A stretch of DNA of 64,000 nt, taken from Squalus acanthias. Taxonomy: Eukaryota. Made by a program: the position numbers and the translations under genes. The DNA is taken from contig CM059445.1 in the NCBI GenBank assembly GCA_030390025.1, positions 41,230,001 to 41,294,000 of the forward strand, given 5' to 3'. The notes beneath the pieces are model-generated. The model did no database searches, was not told the DNA's origin, and saw nothing but the letters and a program-made list of their open reading frames with translations. Positions 12,702-26,158 of this stretch are shown piece by piece; position 1 is the first letter of the stretch, and each line of letters begins with the position of its first letter.

Positions 12702-14404
12702 GCTGGCACAGACATGATGGGCCGAATGACCTCCTTCTGTGCGGCAAGATTCTATGAATTGTTCAGTGTAAATAAAGCAGAAAGGGAGAGAATATAAGAG
12801 ACATCTGAGCAATTGAATAAGTATGGACATATTGTGAAGTTGATATTTCCCCTCAAATCAGGAACAACCGGCTTAGTTTTAGAACTGCTAGCACTTCACC
12901 ACTGAGAGTGTGATGTACACTGGAGAATTGGCGATTCATTTTTTGCCATGGGTTAATTATTGTGCAATCTGTGGTTAGCTTTTCTGATAAAGATTAGTAA
13001 TGTTATCAAAGTTGTAAAAGAAACAGACTGTAAACTCTTATTCAAAGCACCTTCATAAGACAAAGGCCGAAGCTTGTAGGTTCCTTTGTCTGAAGATACC
13101 TCCATACCACATGGGTGGCTGCCCTTTTACAGCTAATGGATCAAGTCTGAAAAATCAATATCACCAGTCTCTTGCTGTTTGATGGAACCATTGAAATGCT
13201 AACTTATTAAATTCAAACAAACAGATGAAAGTTGTCACTTTTTACCTCTGCATTCCAGAGAAAAAAGCATTTATTGTAGCCAGCAGACTTATGATCAGTG
13301 CTTCGGATGGGGGTGGAGGGAAATCAAGGAGCAAAGAAGGATCTGTGGATCAGCTATACTTGGGCTACCGCATACAAATGGCCTCTTGGATAGATTCCAA
13401 GAACTGACAGTCTTTGAAAAGTCACTGTGGAATAACCAGCACAGAAAAGTAGATAGCAAATAATTAGAGAGTAAAGTATGGCCAATGATAGGATTTAAGG
13501 TCACTGGGGATCTAGTGATTCTTGAAGAACTCCTTTGCTAGCTTTAATCAACTAAAAGAAGTTTCAATTACCTAGATTCCAATATCTACAGATCATGGGA
13601 TAATTAGGCAAACTCTGATGGAGCGAGGGAATCAGAGTCCAAAAGTCACAAATTAAGTGAGTTACATATAAAGCAGACCAAGGAGAGAGACCTGTGACTG
13701 CACTTTATATATTTTGAGGAAAAGAGAAAAAAATGTAAATATTAATAAGAAGGCATTGGGAAAATGAGCTGGATAAAGTAACCAGGGAGGAAGTTTAGAG
13801 AACGCTATTAGGCGTGAGCAACCAATAGTCGCACAAATGCAAGATTAAAATGAACACACTGAAAGAGGGTCCATTAGACATGCACAACCCTGGATAAAAT
13901 GTAATGTGGATCAAATGAAAGAGGCTAAACTGCTGGAGCTGGGAATAATTGGAGAGTGTTCCCTCTTAAAAAAACTGCCAGATGCCCCCCTGCAATCCCC
14001 TCCCACAGCATATTTTTACAGTAAGGCATCACATATGAAACTAATTCAAAGATATAAACTGTTCCATTGGGCTCAAAGACTTTATAAAGTGGACACTATC
14101 AATGTTGATGTGAGCCCTTGGTATCATATTACATAGAATTACATAGTATTTACAGCACAGAAACAGGCCATTTGCCAGTGTTTATGCTCCACATGAGCCT
14201 CCTCCCACCCTACTTCTTCTAACCCTATCAGCAGATCCTTATATTCATTAAGTACTTACTAGCTTCCCCTTAAATGCATCTATGCTATTCACCTCAGCTA
14301 CTCTATGTGGTAACGAGTTCCACATTCTCACCACTCTCTGGGTAAAGAAGTTTCTCCTGAATTCCCTACTGGATTTATTAGCGACTATCTTATATTTTTG
14401 ACCT

Positions 14405-14538
14405 AACAACAGAAAGTGCTGGAAACACTCAGCAGGTCAGGCAGCATCGAAGAGAGGAAAAACAGAGTCAACGTTTCGGGTTGAACCCTTCGTCAGAACT
14501 GTTATTTCAGATTTCCAGCATCTGCAGTATTTTGCTAT
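14405..14538 (-). mobile_element. Penelope-like pseudo-LTR end with a short inverted tail
   Basis: Homologous to the PLE 3' region at 32300-32405, followed by the oppositely oriented tail ttatttcagatttccagcatctgcagtattttgct. Confidence 0.7.
14466..14500 (-). ncRNA. Minimal type-I hammerhead ribozyme motif (PLE-associated)
   Basis: RNA AGUU-CUGACGA-A-GGGUU C AACCC-GAAAC-GUU-GACU shows both core boxes, stem II, and stem I AGUU/GACU. Confidence 0.65.
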
Positions 14539-14978
14539 TATATTTTTGATCCCTAGTTTTGGACTCCCCAACAAGTGGAAACATCTTCTCTATGTGGGAA
14601 TACTTTATCTTCAGACATGTATGTGGTCCAAAGATTTTGATCATGTACAATGTTAATCATAAACTAACCCTGCAGATCCCACAAATGTGAATAACTTATA
14701 TAGTTATTAATGTGACAATGAATGGCAGAAAGTGGTGGAAAGCAAGGGCAAAGCAATGAGTAACAGTCTAACAAACATGGACAAAGAGTTCCTCTGTCCA
14801 TGAGGCATAGTAAGATAGTCAATGCTTTTTCATATTGCTACACCCAGTGTTCAGAAGAAATCTCTCCCTCCATATTAATAATTACATTCTGCAATGACAA
14901 AATGGATCATTAATCAACTCCTTCAAATGGATTTCATATCCCAAAATAATCCTAATCACACTTTAAAGGGACAATTTT

Positions 14979-15413
14979 GGGCAACACGGTGGCATAGTGG
15001 TTAGCACTGGTGCCTCACAGCGCCAGAGACCCGGGTTCGAATCTGACCTCGGGTGACTGTCTGTGTGGAGTTTGCACATTCTCCCTGTGTCTGCGTGGGT
15101 TTCCTCCGGGTGCTCCGGTTTCCTCCCACAGTCCAAAAATGTGTGGGTTAGGTTGATTTGGCTATGATAAATTGACCCTTAGTGTTAGGGGGGATTAAAT
15201 ATGTGGGGTTATGGGGATAGGATGGGATATGTTAGGGGGAATTAAATACGTGGGGTTACGGGGGTAGGGTGGGATATGTGTACTGTGGGGATTAAAGCAG
15301 GGACAGGGTACTGGATTTGGATGATCAGCCATGATCGTATTGAATGGCGGAGCAGGCTCGACGGGCCGAATGGCCTACTCCTGCTCCTAGATTCTATGTT
15401 TCTATGTTTCTAT
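14979..15413 (+). mobile_element. V-SINE (HE1-like) with a CR1-derived tail
   Basis: tRNA head (A box tggcatagtgg, B box ggttcgaatc); V-domain tgtgtggagtttgcacattctccctgtgtctgcgtgggtttcctccgggtgctccggtttcctcccaca; CR1 3' end and (ttctatgt)n. Confidence 0.9.
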
Positions 15414-17815
15414 CCAACACTGCCAGCAGGGAGTGTACCTTGAGAATACAGAGCCTGTCACTTTAACAGATGAAAAGTCAGGGGCTGTGCACACACAATT
15501 TCTTATCCCACTTGATGCAGCAGGTCATAAAATCACTGCTTTAATACCACCATTTTTATTAATTACCATACACCAGTTCAAAACATCATATATGCACTTT
15601 TAACTAATATACGCTGTCCACATAATTACTCAATACTACTTCAATATTCTGAAATTTATGCTTTTACCAGAAGAAGAGGTTAAAAAAATCAATGGCCCAG
15701 GGGAGTCTTTTAAGAACATTTATCTGATTATGGCCCATTAGGCACAAAATATTGCTGATTTGGTACAGATAATTTGATCTATTATTTTACTTTCAACTGA
15801 AGGACATTTCCTAGTTTGTGAAAAGAAGGGAGCGAGCAGCAAAGCTTTTTTTGAATTTGGATCACTCGGAATTCAACAAAAATTCCAAAATGATTAAATT
15901 TGTTTTTCACTCGTCACTCGAATGTAAATACAGACATAGCAGAACACTTGTAGGTTTGAGACTATCCTGCGCATGCATTGGAAGTCTTGGCAAAATTCTG
16001 CCTCCATGGCTATTGTTGGAAGAAACTCCTAGATTCTTTTGCTGCTAGATCTCTGCTAATGCCAGTCTTGAGCTAGCCACTAAATGGTGCGAGATGTCAG
16101 TGGTCTCCTGATGATTCTCCCTCCAATTTTCCCTCATTCCTTGATGAACTGTCTAGGCTCCATACTGCAGTCTACACAGCAGAGAAACATGAGATCAGGA
16201 ACTCAACAGCACATAGGAACAGACCTGTGACCACTGCTACGATGGGACTATAAACAGATTCATTCTCCTCCTAAACTAACAAAAGAATAACCCAAAAATG
16301 TTTAGCAGTACACTTCAGCGCACAAACACAAGCCGAGAGTTGTATGGAATACAAATGGTTGGTTCTTCAGGGAGTCACTGGCTAAATTTGCAATAGAGAT
16401 AAGCAGTAGGGGTGAAAGCAGAGATGCTTCCACTGCAGTTTAAGGTGAAGACAGCAGTTTCCCTCCCTGTAACACCCATGCATTTTAATAAGTAGCATTC
16501 ACGACTCGCAGCATTGCTACTTGACACAGTAAATCGACCTTAATAAGGCAGAGTGAACATTACATGTGCTTTGGTTATAATTGCTGGGAAATCAACTCCA
16601 CTTCTTCAATTTGTTACCTTAATTATTACACAAAAAAGGAAAAAATATACTCCCTGCTTGACTATGTTGTCGTGGAGGCTTTTGTAGACATTTTGGCAGG
16701 AAAATCTGACTGAGGCAATCATAAATACAAATTATACTTCTAATTATATTTGAGTTAATCTTAATATAGCAGAAATGCAGTTAGGATTTCCCATTTTAAA
16801 GATATTCTGCTTTCCCTGCAAAATTTCCATTTACCATAACCCAGAAATGAGCATTAGTGATATCAGTGAATAAATGCTTAGTGTACTTTTGGGACTTTCT
16901 CTGTCTGCTATTTAACAGAGGTCTGCTGTTTAAGAACATAAGGAAATAAGAACATAAGAAATAGGAGCAGGAGTAGGCCATGCGTTCCCTCAAGCCTGCT
17001 CCGCCATTTGATAAGATCATGGCTGATCTTCGACCTCAACTCCATTTTCCTGCCCGCTCTCCATATCCCTTGATTCTCCTAGAGTCCGAAAATCTATCTT
17101 TCTCAATCTTGAATATACTCAACGACTCAGCATCCACAGCCCTCTGGGGTAGAGAATTCCAAAGATTCACAACCTTCTGAGTGAAGAAATTCCTCCTCAT
17201 CTCAGTCCTAAATGGCCGACCCCTTATCCTGAGACTATGCCCCCTAGTTCTAGACTCTCCAGACAGGGGAAACAGCCTCTCAGCATCTACCCTGTCAAGC
17301 CCGCCCAGAATCTTATATGTTTCAATGAGATCACCTCTCATTCTTCTAAACTCCAGAGAGTATAGGTCCATTCTACTCAATCCTCAAAGGACAACCCTCT
17401 CATCCCAGGAATCAATCTACTGAACCTTTGTTGCACCGCTTCTCAGGCAAATATATCCTTCCTTAGGTACAGACACCAAAACTGTACAGAGTACTCCAGG
17501 TGTGGTCTCACCAAAGCCCTGTACAATTGCAGCAAGACTTCATTACTCTTATACTCCAACTCTCTCGCAATAAAGGCCAACATACCATTTGCCTTCCTAA
17601 TTGCTTGCTGTACCTGCATGTTAACTTTCTGTGTTTTGTGTACAAGGACACTCTCTGAACACCAACATTTAATAGTTTCTCACCATTTAAAAAAATATTC
17701 TATTTTTCTATTCTTCCTACCAAAGTGTATAACCTCACATTTTCCCACATTATACTCCATCTGCCACCTTCTTGCCCACTCACTTAACCTGTCTATATCC
17801 CTTTGAAGACTCTTT

Positions 17816-18982
17816 GGGGGGGGAATTTTAACTCCAAAAAATGGGCGGGTTTGGGGCGTTGGGAGGTTAAAGTGCTAAAAATCTGAATTCCAACCCCAAC
17901 CCCCCTCCAACCCGCCCACTTCCAGTTTTAACGGAGGCGAGATGGCGGCGGGTAGACAACACTCCCAGGAGTTGGGTTGTCAATTTAAATATTATAATGA
18001 GGCTGCGTGCCTCATGTCGATCCGCAATTTCAGATTTAACTCTGGCCGGCCTGGTTTTCTGGGCCTCGGAAAACCCATGGTTAAAGGGAGGCAAGGACTG
18101 CTGGATCCAGGAGGTAAGTGCCTTTCCACTTACTTGTTGGATCCAGCGTACCTGCGTCGCTAGCCCCTCCACAATTAGATTCCCCACCCCCGACCCTTCC
18201 AATCAACCTCCGACCTGCCTCGCGAGGGCTTCAACCTCCCCCCACAAGGCACTGATTTCACACCCCGCCTCTGGCCTCCAATCTCACCCCCGAAGCCTCC
18301 GTTCTCACCCCCGAGGCCTCCGATCTCACCCCCGAGGCCTCCATTCTCACCCCCAAGGCCTCTGATCTCACCGCCCCCCCACCCCCCCAGCCTCCGATCT
18401 CATCCCCCCGGCCTCCGATCTCACCCCCGAGGCCTCCATTCTCACCCCCGAGGCCTCTGATCTCACCCCCCCCCCCCCCCGGCCTCCAATCTCATCCCTG
18501 AGGCCTCCGATCTCACCCCCGAGGCCTCTAATCTCACACCACCCCCCCGGCCTCTGATCACACCTCCGAGGCCTCTGATCTCAGTCCGAGGCCTCCGATC
18601 TCACCCCCCCTCTGGCCTCCGATCTCACAGGCCTCCGATCTCCCAACCCCCATCCCTAGCCTCCAATCTCCCAGCCTCTGATTCCTAAGGCCCCCCCATC
18701 TCCGATCTCTGAATCCCCCCAACCTCCGACCCCCCCCCCCACCCCCCACTCCTCTCTGCTCCCCAGCTGTGGCCTGGTGCTGAAGGCCTACCCGCCCGAC
18801 AGCTAGTCAGCCTTTCAATTTGGCTGCCTGCGGCTGTGAAATGGAGAAAAAATAGTTCAATCAGGTCCTGCCATTAAGTTTGGCAGGGAAACCCATTCTC
18901 CTGGGTTTCTCGGCCTCAATTCAGCTCCCCCACCCCCCCACCCCCGGAGCTCCCTCTCCGCCTCTGAGTAAAAATCCAGCCC
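17816..18982. mobile_element. Harbinger-type MITE with an internal minisatellite, inserted in CR1
   Basis: Ends gggggggaattttaactc / gagtaaaaatccagccc; TSD TTT (17813-17815, 18983-18985); CR1 sequence is contiguous across it. Confidence 0.8.
18270..18750. repeat. C-rich minisatellite, about 21-bp unit (ctccgatctcacccccgaggc)
   Basis: About 20 degenerate tandem units; G-rich on the minus strand. Confidence 0.9.
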
Positions 18983-21900
18983 TTTGAGTCGTCCTCACAA
19001 CTTACTTTCCCACTTAGCTTTGTATCGTCAGCAAACTTAGATACATTACAATACACTTGGTCCTTCATCTAAGTCATTAATATAGATTGTAAATAGCTGA
19101 GGCCCAAGCACTGCTCCTTGTGGCACCCCACTAGTAACAGCCTCCCAACCTGAAAATGACCTGTTTATTCCTACTCTCTGTTTTCTGTCCTTTAACCCAT
19201 CCTCTATCCATGCTAATATATTACCCCCAACCCCATGAGCCCTAATCTTGTGTAACAACCTTTCGTGTGGCACCTTATCGAATGCCTTTTGAAAATCCAA
19301 ATATACTATATCCACTGGTTCCCCTTTATCTACCCTACTAGTTACATCCTCAAAAAACTCTAATAAATTTGTCAAACATGATTTCCCTTTCATAAAAGGA
19401 TGCCTAATCATATGATTTTTTAAATGCCCTATTACCACATCCTTAGCAATGGATTCCAGCATTTTTCTGATGACTGATGTCAGGCTAACTGGCCTGTAGT
19501 TTCTTGTTTTCTCTCTCCCTCCTTTCTTGAATAGCGGTGTTACATTTGTTACCTTCCAATCCACTGGGACCATTCCAGAATCTAGGGAATTTTGGAAGAT
19601 CACAACCAATGCATCTACTAACTCTGCAGCCATGTCTATCAGAACCCTAGCATGTAGGCCATCAGGTCCTGGGGATTTGTTGGCTTTTAGACCCATTAAT
19701 TTCTCCCGTACTTTTTCTTTACTAATATTAATTACTTTAAGTTCTTCACTCTTATTAGCCCCTTGATTCCGCACTATTTCTGGTATTTTTTTGTGTTTTC
19801 TACTGTGAAGACAGACACAAAATATTTGTTCATCATCTCCTTATTCCCCATTATAATTTCTTCTGTCTCAGCCTCTAAGGGACCCACGTTTGCTTTCTCT
19901 ACTCTCTTCCTTTTTATATATTTGTAGAAGCTCTTACAATCTGTTTTTATATTTCTTGCTAGTTTACTCTCTCATATTCTATTTTCTCCCTCTTTATCAA
20001 TTTTTTGGTCATCCTTTGCTGGTTTCAAAAACTCTCCCAATCCTCAGGCTTACTACTCTTCTTGGCAACATTATATGCCTCTTCTTTTAATCTAATATTA
20101 TCCTTAAACTCTTTAGTTAGCCATGGATAGATCACTTTTCCTGTATATTTTTTATTTCTCAATGGAATGTATGTTCGTTTAAAATTATGAAATATTTCTT
20201 TAAATGTTTGCCATTGCTTATCTACCGTCATGCCTTTTAATCTAAATTCCTAATCTACCTTAGCTAACTTGCCCCTCATAACTATGTAATTGGCTTTACT
20301 TAAGTTTAATACTCTAGTTTAGGACTTAAGTATGTCACTCTGGAACTCAATGTGAAATTCTAGAATATTATGATCACTCTTCCCCAGAGGATCCCTTACT
20401 ATGAGATTACTAATTAATCCTGTCTCATTACATAAGACAAGATCTAAAATAACCACTTCCCTGGTTGGTTCCATGGTGTATTGTTCTAGGAAACTGTCTC
20501 GAATACATTCCATCAACTTGTCCTCCACCTACCCTTGCCAATTTAATTTGTCCAGTCTATATGATGATTAAAGTCCCCCATGATTATTGCATTACCTTTG
20601 TTACAAGCGCCTCTTATTTCTTGATTAATATTCTGTCTTAAAGTATAGCTGCTGTTAGGGGGCCTATAACCTACTCCCACCAGTGTTTGCTGCCCCTTGT
20701 TATTTCTTATCTCCACCCATACGGATTCTACTTCCTGCTCTTCCAAGGCAACATCCTTCCTCACTACTGTCCTTATTAACAAAGGCATTCAGCCATTAAA
20801 AATAAATGTTAAGAGTTCCTCCACTTGAATTACAAACATATTTTTTTAAGTTCATACCTTCTAATTTGCGTCAAGGTTAAGAGAGTGGAAACTTAAAGTG
20901 GTGTGTGCCATGGGAGTTATGGATGCAGCCAAGTTTTTATTCTGCCAAAAATATAGAAAGAAAATTTTCATGATTCTTTAACATCAACCTTTCATGTGAG
21001 CATGGGCAGCCAAGGGTCAATAATGGAGCGACGTCATCAGCAGTTAGCAGGCGTGCTTCAGCGGAGAACCCTAACTTAAATGCACACTCACTTTGCTTCC
21101 ATTCATGTCAGCATGACTCATAATGTGGCTCTGGGAGCACCCAAGGCCCAACCTGACTTTTAGCTGTGACTCTCTGTAGGTCAGCACCTCCACATTTTCC
21201 TGGGCTTGCATGCATGGCTGTGGGGTGTTGCCAGAGCTGGGGATCAGTGCCGATCCCTCTCGTTCTCTTCCTGCCCAATAACAGAAAGCAAGGGACTACT
21301 TTTTAAAGGCAGTATCCATGTAGCATGTGGAAGGACTATACTACAGGACCTACAGTTTTGTGGAATTATTGGGCCCCCTCCTTTAATGTGTGGACATGCT
21401 TTGTCTTCACTTGTTACATTTGAAACCAAGAGCTCAATGTGTACGGGCAAAAACAGAGATCCCACCACTGCATGGTATAACCTGTTGATGCAGCCCTCAA
21501 GCAAAACACTGTTGGATTTATGACCCTTCATAAAAAAAGCTGTGGAAAACACTGATGATATTTGATGGGAAATGCCCATAAATGTATGTTTATGATGACC
21601 TTAGGCAGTATTCTATGTCACTTGAGAGTGTTGGTGTGCAGGAAGTGGGAATCAATAATAGGCAGTTCTTATTTTGGGTAGCACAATGATTGGTTAAAAA
21701 AAAATACCAACTGGAAAGGTTAGTCCAACAGATGAATGAATATTAGCTCCTTGCATTTTACAATATGATATTGACATCGAAATTGGTGGCTAGTTTGTAA
21801 AGAACAGCTACAAAAGCATGATAAATAAACTGAATTTTCAAGCAATTATCACGGTTCATTAGTCATAAAAATCTCACTTGCAGGCTCATTGTCTCATATC

Positions 21901-22444
21901 TAATCAACTGACTGGAGATTTTAATCAATCATCATTGCACACCCTGCAGGTTACTTCTGACCCAGTTAAGAGCTTACAGTTGCCTGCATCTGTATTTTTT
22001 AATGCCGCATTTTTGCATTTAGGAACAATGAGTTAGACTTTACAAATTAACGCTCCTGAGACATTGCTTTAGACAACGGTAGTGCATTTCGGGAATGCAG
22101 GCACAAAGGTCAGGATGCTCGGCCCTATTTTTCTGTCCAACACAGTCCACATCATAGGGAGCGAGGGCTCACCTACAGCTGGCAAACATATTGGGGTAGC
22201 TTTTCAACGTGCTGCCTGGGCATAAAACTGGCGTTGCAGATCAGCTGCCCATAATAGACACCGTCCAATTTTCATTTTCATCAATTTCAACACTGTTTTC
22301 TTTCTGGAACTGAAGCATCAACCCATTTATACTTTGTGCTTCAATGGCCTTCCCTAGCAACTTATTCTACAAGGTAGTTTTACATCTCAAATTCACCGGC
22401 ATGAGTCCTGACAGGCGAAGCTCCACGTCATAAGTTTTGTTTAA

Positions 22445-22838
22445 ATTTTTTGTCGGGATGTGGGTGACAGTGGCAAGGCTATGTTTATTGCCCATTCCTA
22501 TTTGACCTGAGAAAATGGTGTTGGCTCTTCTTGATAGGGATTGGTTTTACAATTGAGTGGCTTGCTCAGCCGCATCAGAATGCATTAAGAATCAACCACA
22601 TCATGTGAACTAAAGTCACATGTAGGCCAGACTGGGAAGGGGTAGCTGGTTCCCTTTTCCGAAGAACATTCGTGAACCAGTTGGGTTTTTAAGACAGTCC
22701 GGTAGTTTTCACAGTCTTTTTTTCTGTTGCTAGACCACAAATCACCATATTTACTGAATTCAATTTCCCACTTGTCATGGTGAGAATTGAACTCATAACC
22801 TCTTGGTTTCTAGGCCAGTACTATAACCACTGCCATAC
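22445..22838 (-). mobile_element. tRNA-headed SINE sharing 5'-UTR and 3'-tail segments with LINE-B
   Basis: Head tggcagtggtt...gagttcaattc; 22545-22640 matches LINE-B 5' region 57425-57520; 22450-22520 matches LINE-B 3' end 6120-6200. Confidence 0.6.
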
Positions 22839-23259
22839 TGACAAATTCATAAAATGACCCCGTACAAATCTTTCGAGGAAAAGATTTGCCTGAGTTCCCT
22901 AACTCCATCATTTTGGAACTTGTGTCTCCTGATATTTGACCCCTTTGCCATATTGACCCCTTTGCCTGGATCAAACTTTCCTGAGTCCTCTCATATTCCT
23001 TGGAACTTCAATTACGTTACCTCAAAGATTCCATTTTACCCAGAAAAAACAAGATTAGAAATCAAACCTCTTTTTTAATGTAAATTGGGTGAATTCAGTG
23101 AATTGAACAAGTTTCTTAAAGATTTAATGAAAACCATTCCATGATACAAGTTTGTTTCCAACTTATGGGCTGGGGGTTTTCTGTTTCTGTGCTCACCAGT
23201 CCATAATATTTCGCCCGGTCACTTTAATGGGGAGAAAATTACAGGTTGGCAGGCGCAGG

Positions 23260-23366
23260 AAGAAAAGAAAGAACTTGCATTTATATAGCGTCTTTCATGA
23301 TCTCACAATGTTCTGGAACGTTTCACTACCAATGAAGTACTTTTGAAGTGTAGTCACTGTTGTAGT
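23260..23366 (-). mobile_element. SacSINE1-like 3' fragment
   Basis: aaagaacttgcatttatatagcg...ccaatgaagtacttttgaagtgtagtcactgttgta. Confidence 0.75.
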
Positions 23367-23442
23367 GTTTTGAAAATTAGAAGACCCCAGCCATCCACTC
23401 TATCTATCATCTATCTAGTATTCTATTCTTCTGCTATATAGT

Positions 23443-24122
23443 AGGCCAAAATTTGCGACCCCTACGGGTGTGCATGCGCCCATAGAGGCCACCTAAGTTC
23501 CGGGTTTAGGTCTGCGATGCGCATGCACTAAATCCTGGCACTTGAAATCTGCCAAGAATCTTCTTGATAGATCCTTCACATCCCCGGGAGACGGGCCTCT
23601 GCGGGTGGAGAGTTGCGCTATTTGCCCAACTTACGCCCACTGAATACCAGCATAAGAGTTTAAAAAAATAGAAAAATAAAATTTTATCACTCATTTATAC
23701 TTTAAAAATCCTGTCCAATAAGGTAAGTTTATTTTTAGCCCTGTTAAAACATGTTTTTAATTTTTGTTTAAAATATTTAATTAAATGGCATTGTAATTAA
23801 TTTTAAATATGTAATGTTTTTAAAAAATGTATTTCATGTGTTTGTGTATTTTTTAAGTGATCCCCATTCATACTTATTGGAGTTCTGTACGTAAGTATGA
23901 ATGGGGATTCCCTTCTTTCATTGGTTGGGCCGGCCCACGTGATTCCAGGGGTGCTTGCGAACCGCATGCGCCCCTGGGATACGTGGGGCTCTGCCCACGT
24001 GGACCCGGAGAGGCCCAGGAGCGCAAGACTCTGTATCTCCCGGGCCACCAGGTACATTCGTAGATATTTTGCTGGTCGGAGGCATCCGCCCGCAGGAAGC
24101 CTCCGATCGCAAATTTTGGGCC
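23443..24122. mobile_element. Harbinger-type MITE, family H1 (reverse orientation)
   Basis: TIRs aggccaaaatttgcga / tcgcaaattttgggcc; flanks AGT/ATT; interior is a reverse-complement homolog of 49088-49839. Confidence 0.8.
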
Positions 24123-24752
24123 ATTGTTTTGATCAGTATTATAATGATCTCCTTGTGCAAATTTATGTTATTTTAACCCATTTTTCATCAATGTTCCCCC
24201 TTTGCTTCCATTCCCTCACCTTGCAGCAAGCATCATCTTCTAGCTGACAGAGGCCTCTCACCAGAACATATCCTGGAGTCAATTTTATTGACTCCAACTT
24301 CCAATTGTTCTTTCTTCCCTCTGGCAAAGCATCTTGCCTCTGCTCACTACTTTATTTTTGCATTTCAGCTCAGGTCAATATTTCCCTGTGCAACATGTTG
24401 AATTTTATTGAACCAAACACTGGATGTGAATGTACCAGCTGGTGGTAGGCACCCATTATCTTGAGAACCTGGAGATATAATGAATGACGCAAAACCTTCT
24501 ATCTTGGATTAGAAAACAGGGAATGAACTAATAATTAACGTTTCGGTCAATATGGGATCCTCTATTCCCGAATAGATCCTGCTAGATTGTTCTGTGTATC
24601 CATTAGCAGGCTGCTCTACTTCAGGCAATTTTTAACGTTATTTTCAGTAAATATTTTTCTTCTGCTTCTTTCTGTTGACAATCTAAGCATTGTCTCGAAA
24701 GTTAGTCATGGTTTTCTTTAGTTTAAGAATTTATATATATAAAATAGGGTAG

Positions 24753-24990
24753 GAACATAGGAACAGAAGTAGGTTATTCAATCCCTCGAGCCTGTTCTGC
24801 CATTCAATTAGATCATGGTCGATTAGATTTCCACTACACTTTGTGTGAAGAAGTGCTTCCTGACGTCACCCCGAACAGCCTAGCTCTAATTTTAAGGCTA
24901 TGCCCCATTCTTCTGGACTCCCCCACCAGAGGAAATAGTTTCTCCCTATCAACTGCTTTAATCATCTTAAACACCTCAATTAGATCGCCC
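24753..24990 (-). mobile_element. CR1 3' fragment
   Basis: gaacataggaacagaagtagg...ctcgagcctgttctgccattcaat tail plus ORF2-end remnants. Confidence 0.7.
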
Positions 24991-25125
24991 AGGATTTTTT
25001 TTTGGATTTAAAATGAACTATATAAGCATCTTTTCAGCAAGCTTCCATAAAATACTGAATAAATAGCAATCAGAAATTTGTGAAATACAGAAGTATCTGT
25101 GAATACATAAAGGTTTAGGCTCTAA

Positions 25126-25898
25126 GGGGGAAAAATTCAGCTGCTTGCGCCTCCCGTTAGCGCCTTAAGAGGGCGCTAATGGGGCGTAAAGCAGCTAACG
25201 CCCGGGCGCAGCGCCGCCCACGCCTCCTGAAAAATTTAGTGGGAGGTTAGCGGCGGCGGCAGCCGGTAGCGCCCTGTGGCGCTGCGCCGCCGGCGATGAC
25301 GTCATCGCCGTGCACAGCACCCCGCTCGCGCCCCGGCCGTGATCTTCAGTCGCGCCCCCTGATTTACCGCCAGACGCTATGTCCGACGGGTTCAGGGAGG
25401 CGTACGTGCGGCCGGGGCGGCGATATTTAAAGGGGAGGTGGCAGGCGGCCATTTTTGTTGCTGGCCGCCTGCCAGCACCTGCCCCCGTTGCTGTCCCCGG
25501 CCCCCGTGAAGCCCCCCCACTGTGAAGTGCCAGCTGCGCTCCAAGAGCCCGGCACTTCTCTTGAGTGCCGGGCTCTTTTGCCGGCACTCCCGATCCCTGG
25601 GGGCCCAGCTGGGCCCCGGTTCGCGCTGCGCAGGGTCCCTCCCCTTTAAGAAGGGGAGGAAGGCCTGCAATACCGCGGCGCGACGTGCCGCAGCGCATGG
25701 CGCTGCGGCACGTAGCGCCAGGATATTCACTCGCAGCGCCCCAAGAGGGATGCGGGGTGCTTCCAGTGGCGCCCCGCTTCCCTCTTGGGGCGCAAACACT
25801 GAAGTTCCGGCGCGGGGCCGCTAATTTTTTCGGGGCGCTAAAAGTCGCGCCCCAGCGAGGTTAGCGTCCCAAATGGGGCGCGACTCAATTTTTACCCC
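25126..25898. mobile_element. GC-rich Harbinger MITE, family H2
   Basis: TIRs gggggaaaaattcag / ctcaatttttacccc; canonical TAA TSD (25123-25125, 25899-25901); CpG-rich; ends shared with 38507 and 39438 copies. Confidence 0.88.
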
Positions 25899-26158
25899 TA
25901 ACTATATAAAACACTGTGCTCGTTCTACATTGATACAGCATAGAAAGCTTCTCACATTTCATCCTCTATACAGCAGTCTAGTCATCTCTCATTAACAACT
26001 AACTTCTTGCTAACCATAGTGAAAAAGTCAGTTTGAGTATTAAGTGGTGTTCCACACTTTATACTTGTGTCTATTTTTTTAACCAAAATTGGCAAATGGA
26101 GAAAAATATAGCACTTTACAGAAATAATTCATATCACTCAGAGTGTATCACATACTTT

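Larger units (their letters stand above)
10775..12757 (+). mobile_element. CR1 3' end interrupted by a hAT MITE and a solo LTR
   Basis: Removing both inserts gives a contiguous CR1 tail (ggagtgggactaatt...gctctttcaaagagctg|gcacagacatgatgggccgaatgacctccttctgtgc), matching the uninterrupted copy at 28850-29217. Confidence 0.75.
14128..14597 (-). mobile_element. CR1 3' fragment interrupted by a Penelope end
   Basis: CR1-type tail (cagcacagaaacaggccatt) and ttccacattctcaccactctctgggtaaagaagtttctcctg; resumes after 14538. Confidence 0.7.
16931..20780 (-). mobile_element. CR1 LINE, long decayed ORF2, interrupted by a MITE
   Basis: EN (VGYRPPN, IMGDFN, LDLVL, SDHN) and RT ([34 protein letters not shown]) motifs in ORFs 20543-20788, 20319-20528, 19046-19774 and 17036-17380. 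Confidence 0.93.

Noticed and set aside
14979-15055. tRNA genes (here and at 33024, 51869, 29730-29799)
   Set aside because: The A/B boxes continue into SINE bodies and no complete cloverleaf is evident.
18270-18750. CRISPR-like repeat array
   Set aside because: Tandem degenerate units without unique spacers in a eukaryotic MITE; it is a minisatellite.
25195-25864. Overlapping GC-rich ORFs / apparent CpG-island promoter
   Set aside because: They lie wholly inside a TIR/TSD-bounded MITE; the open frames reflect GC content.
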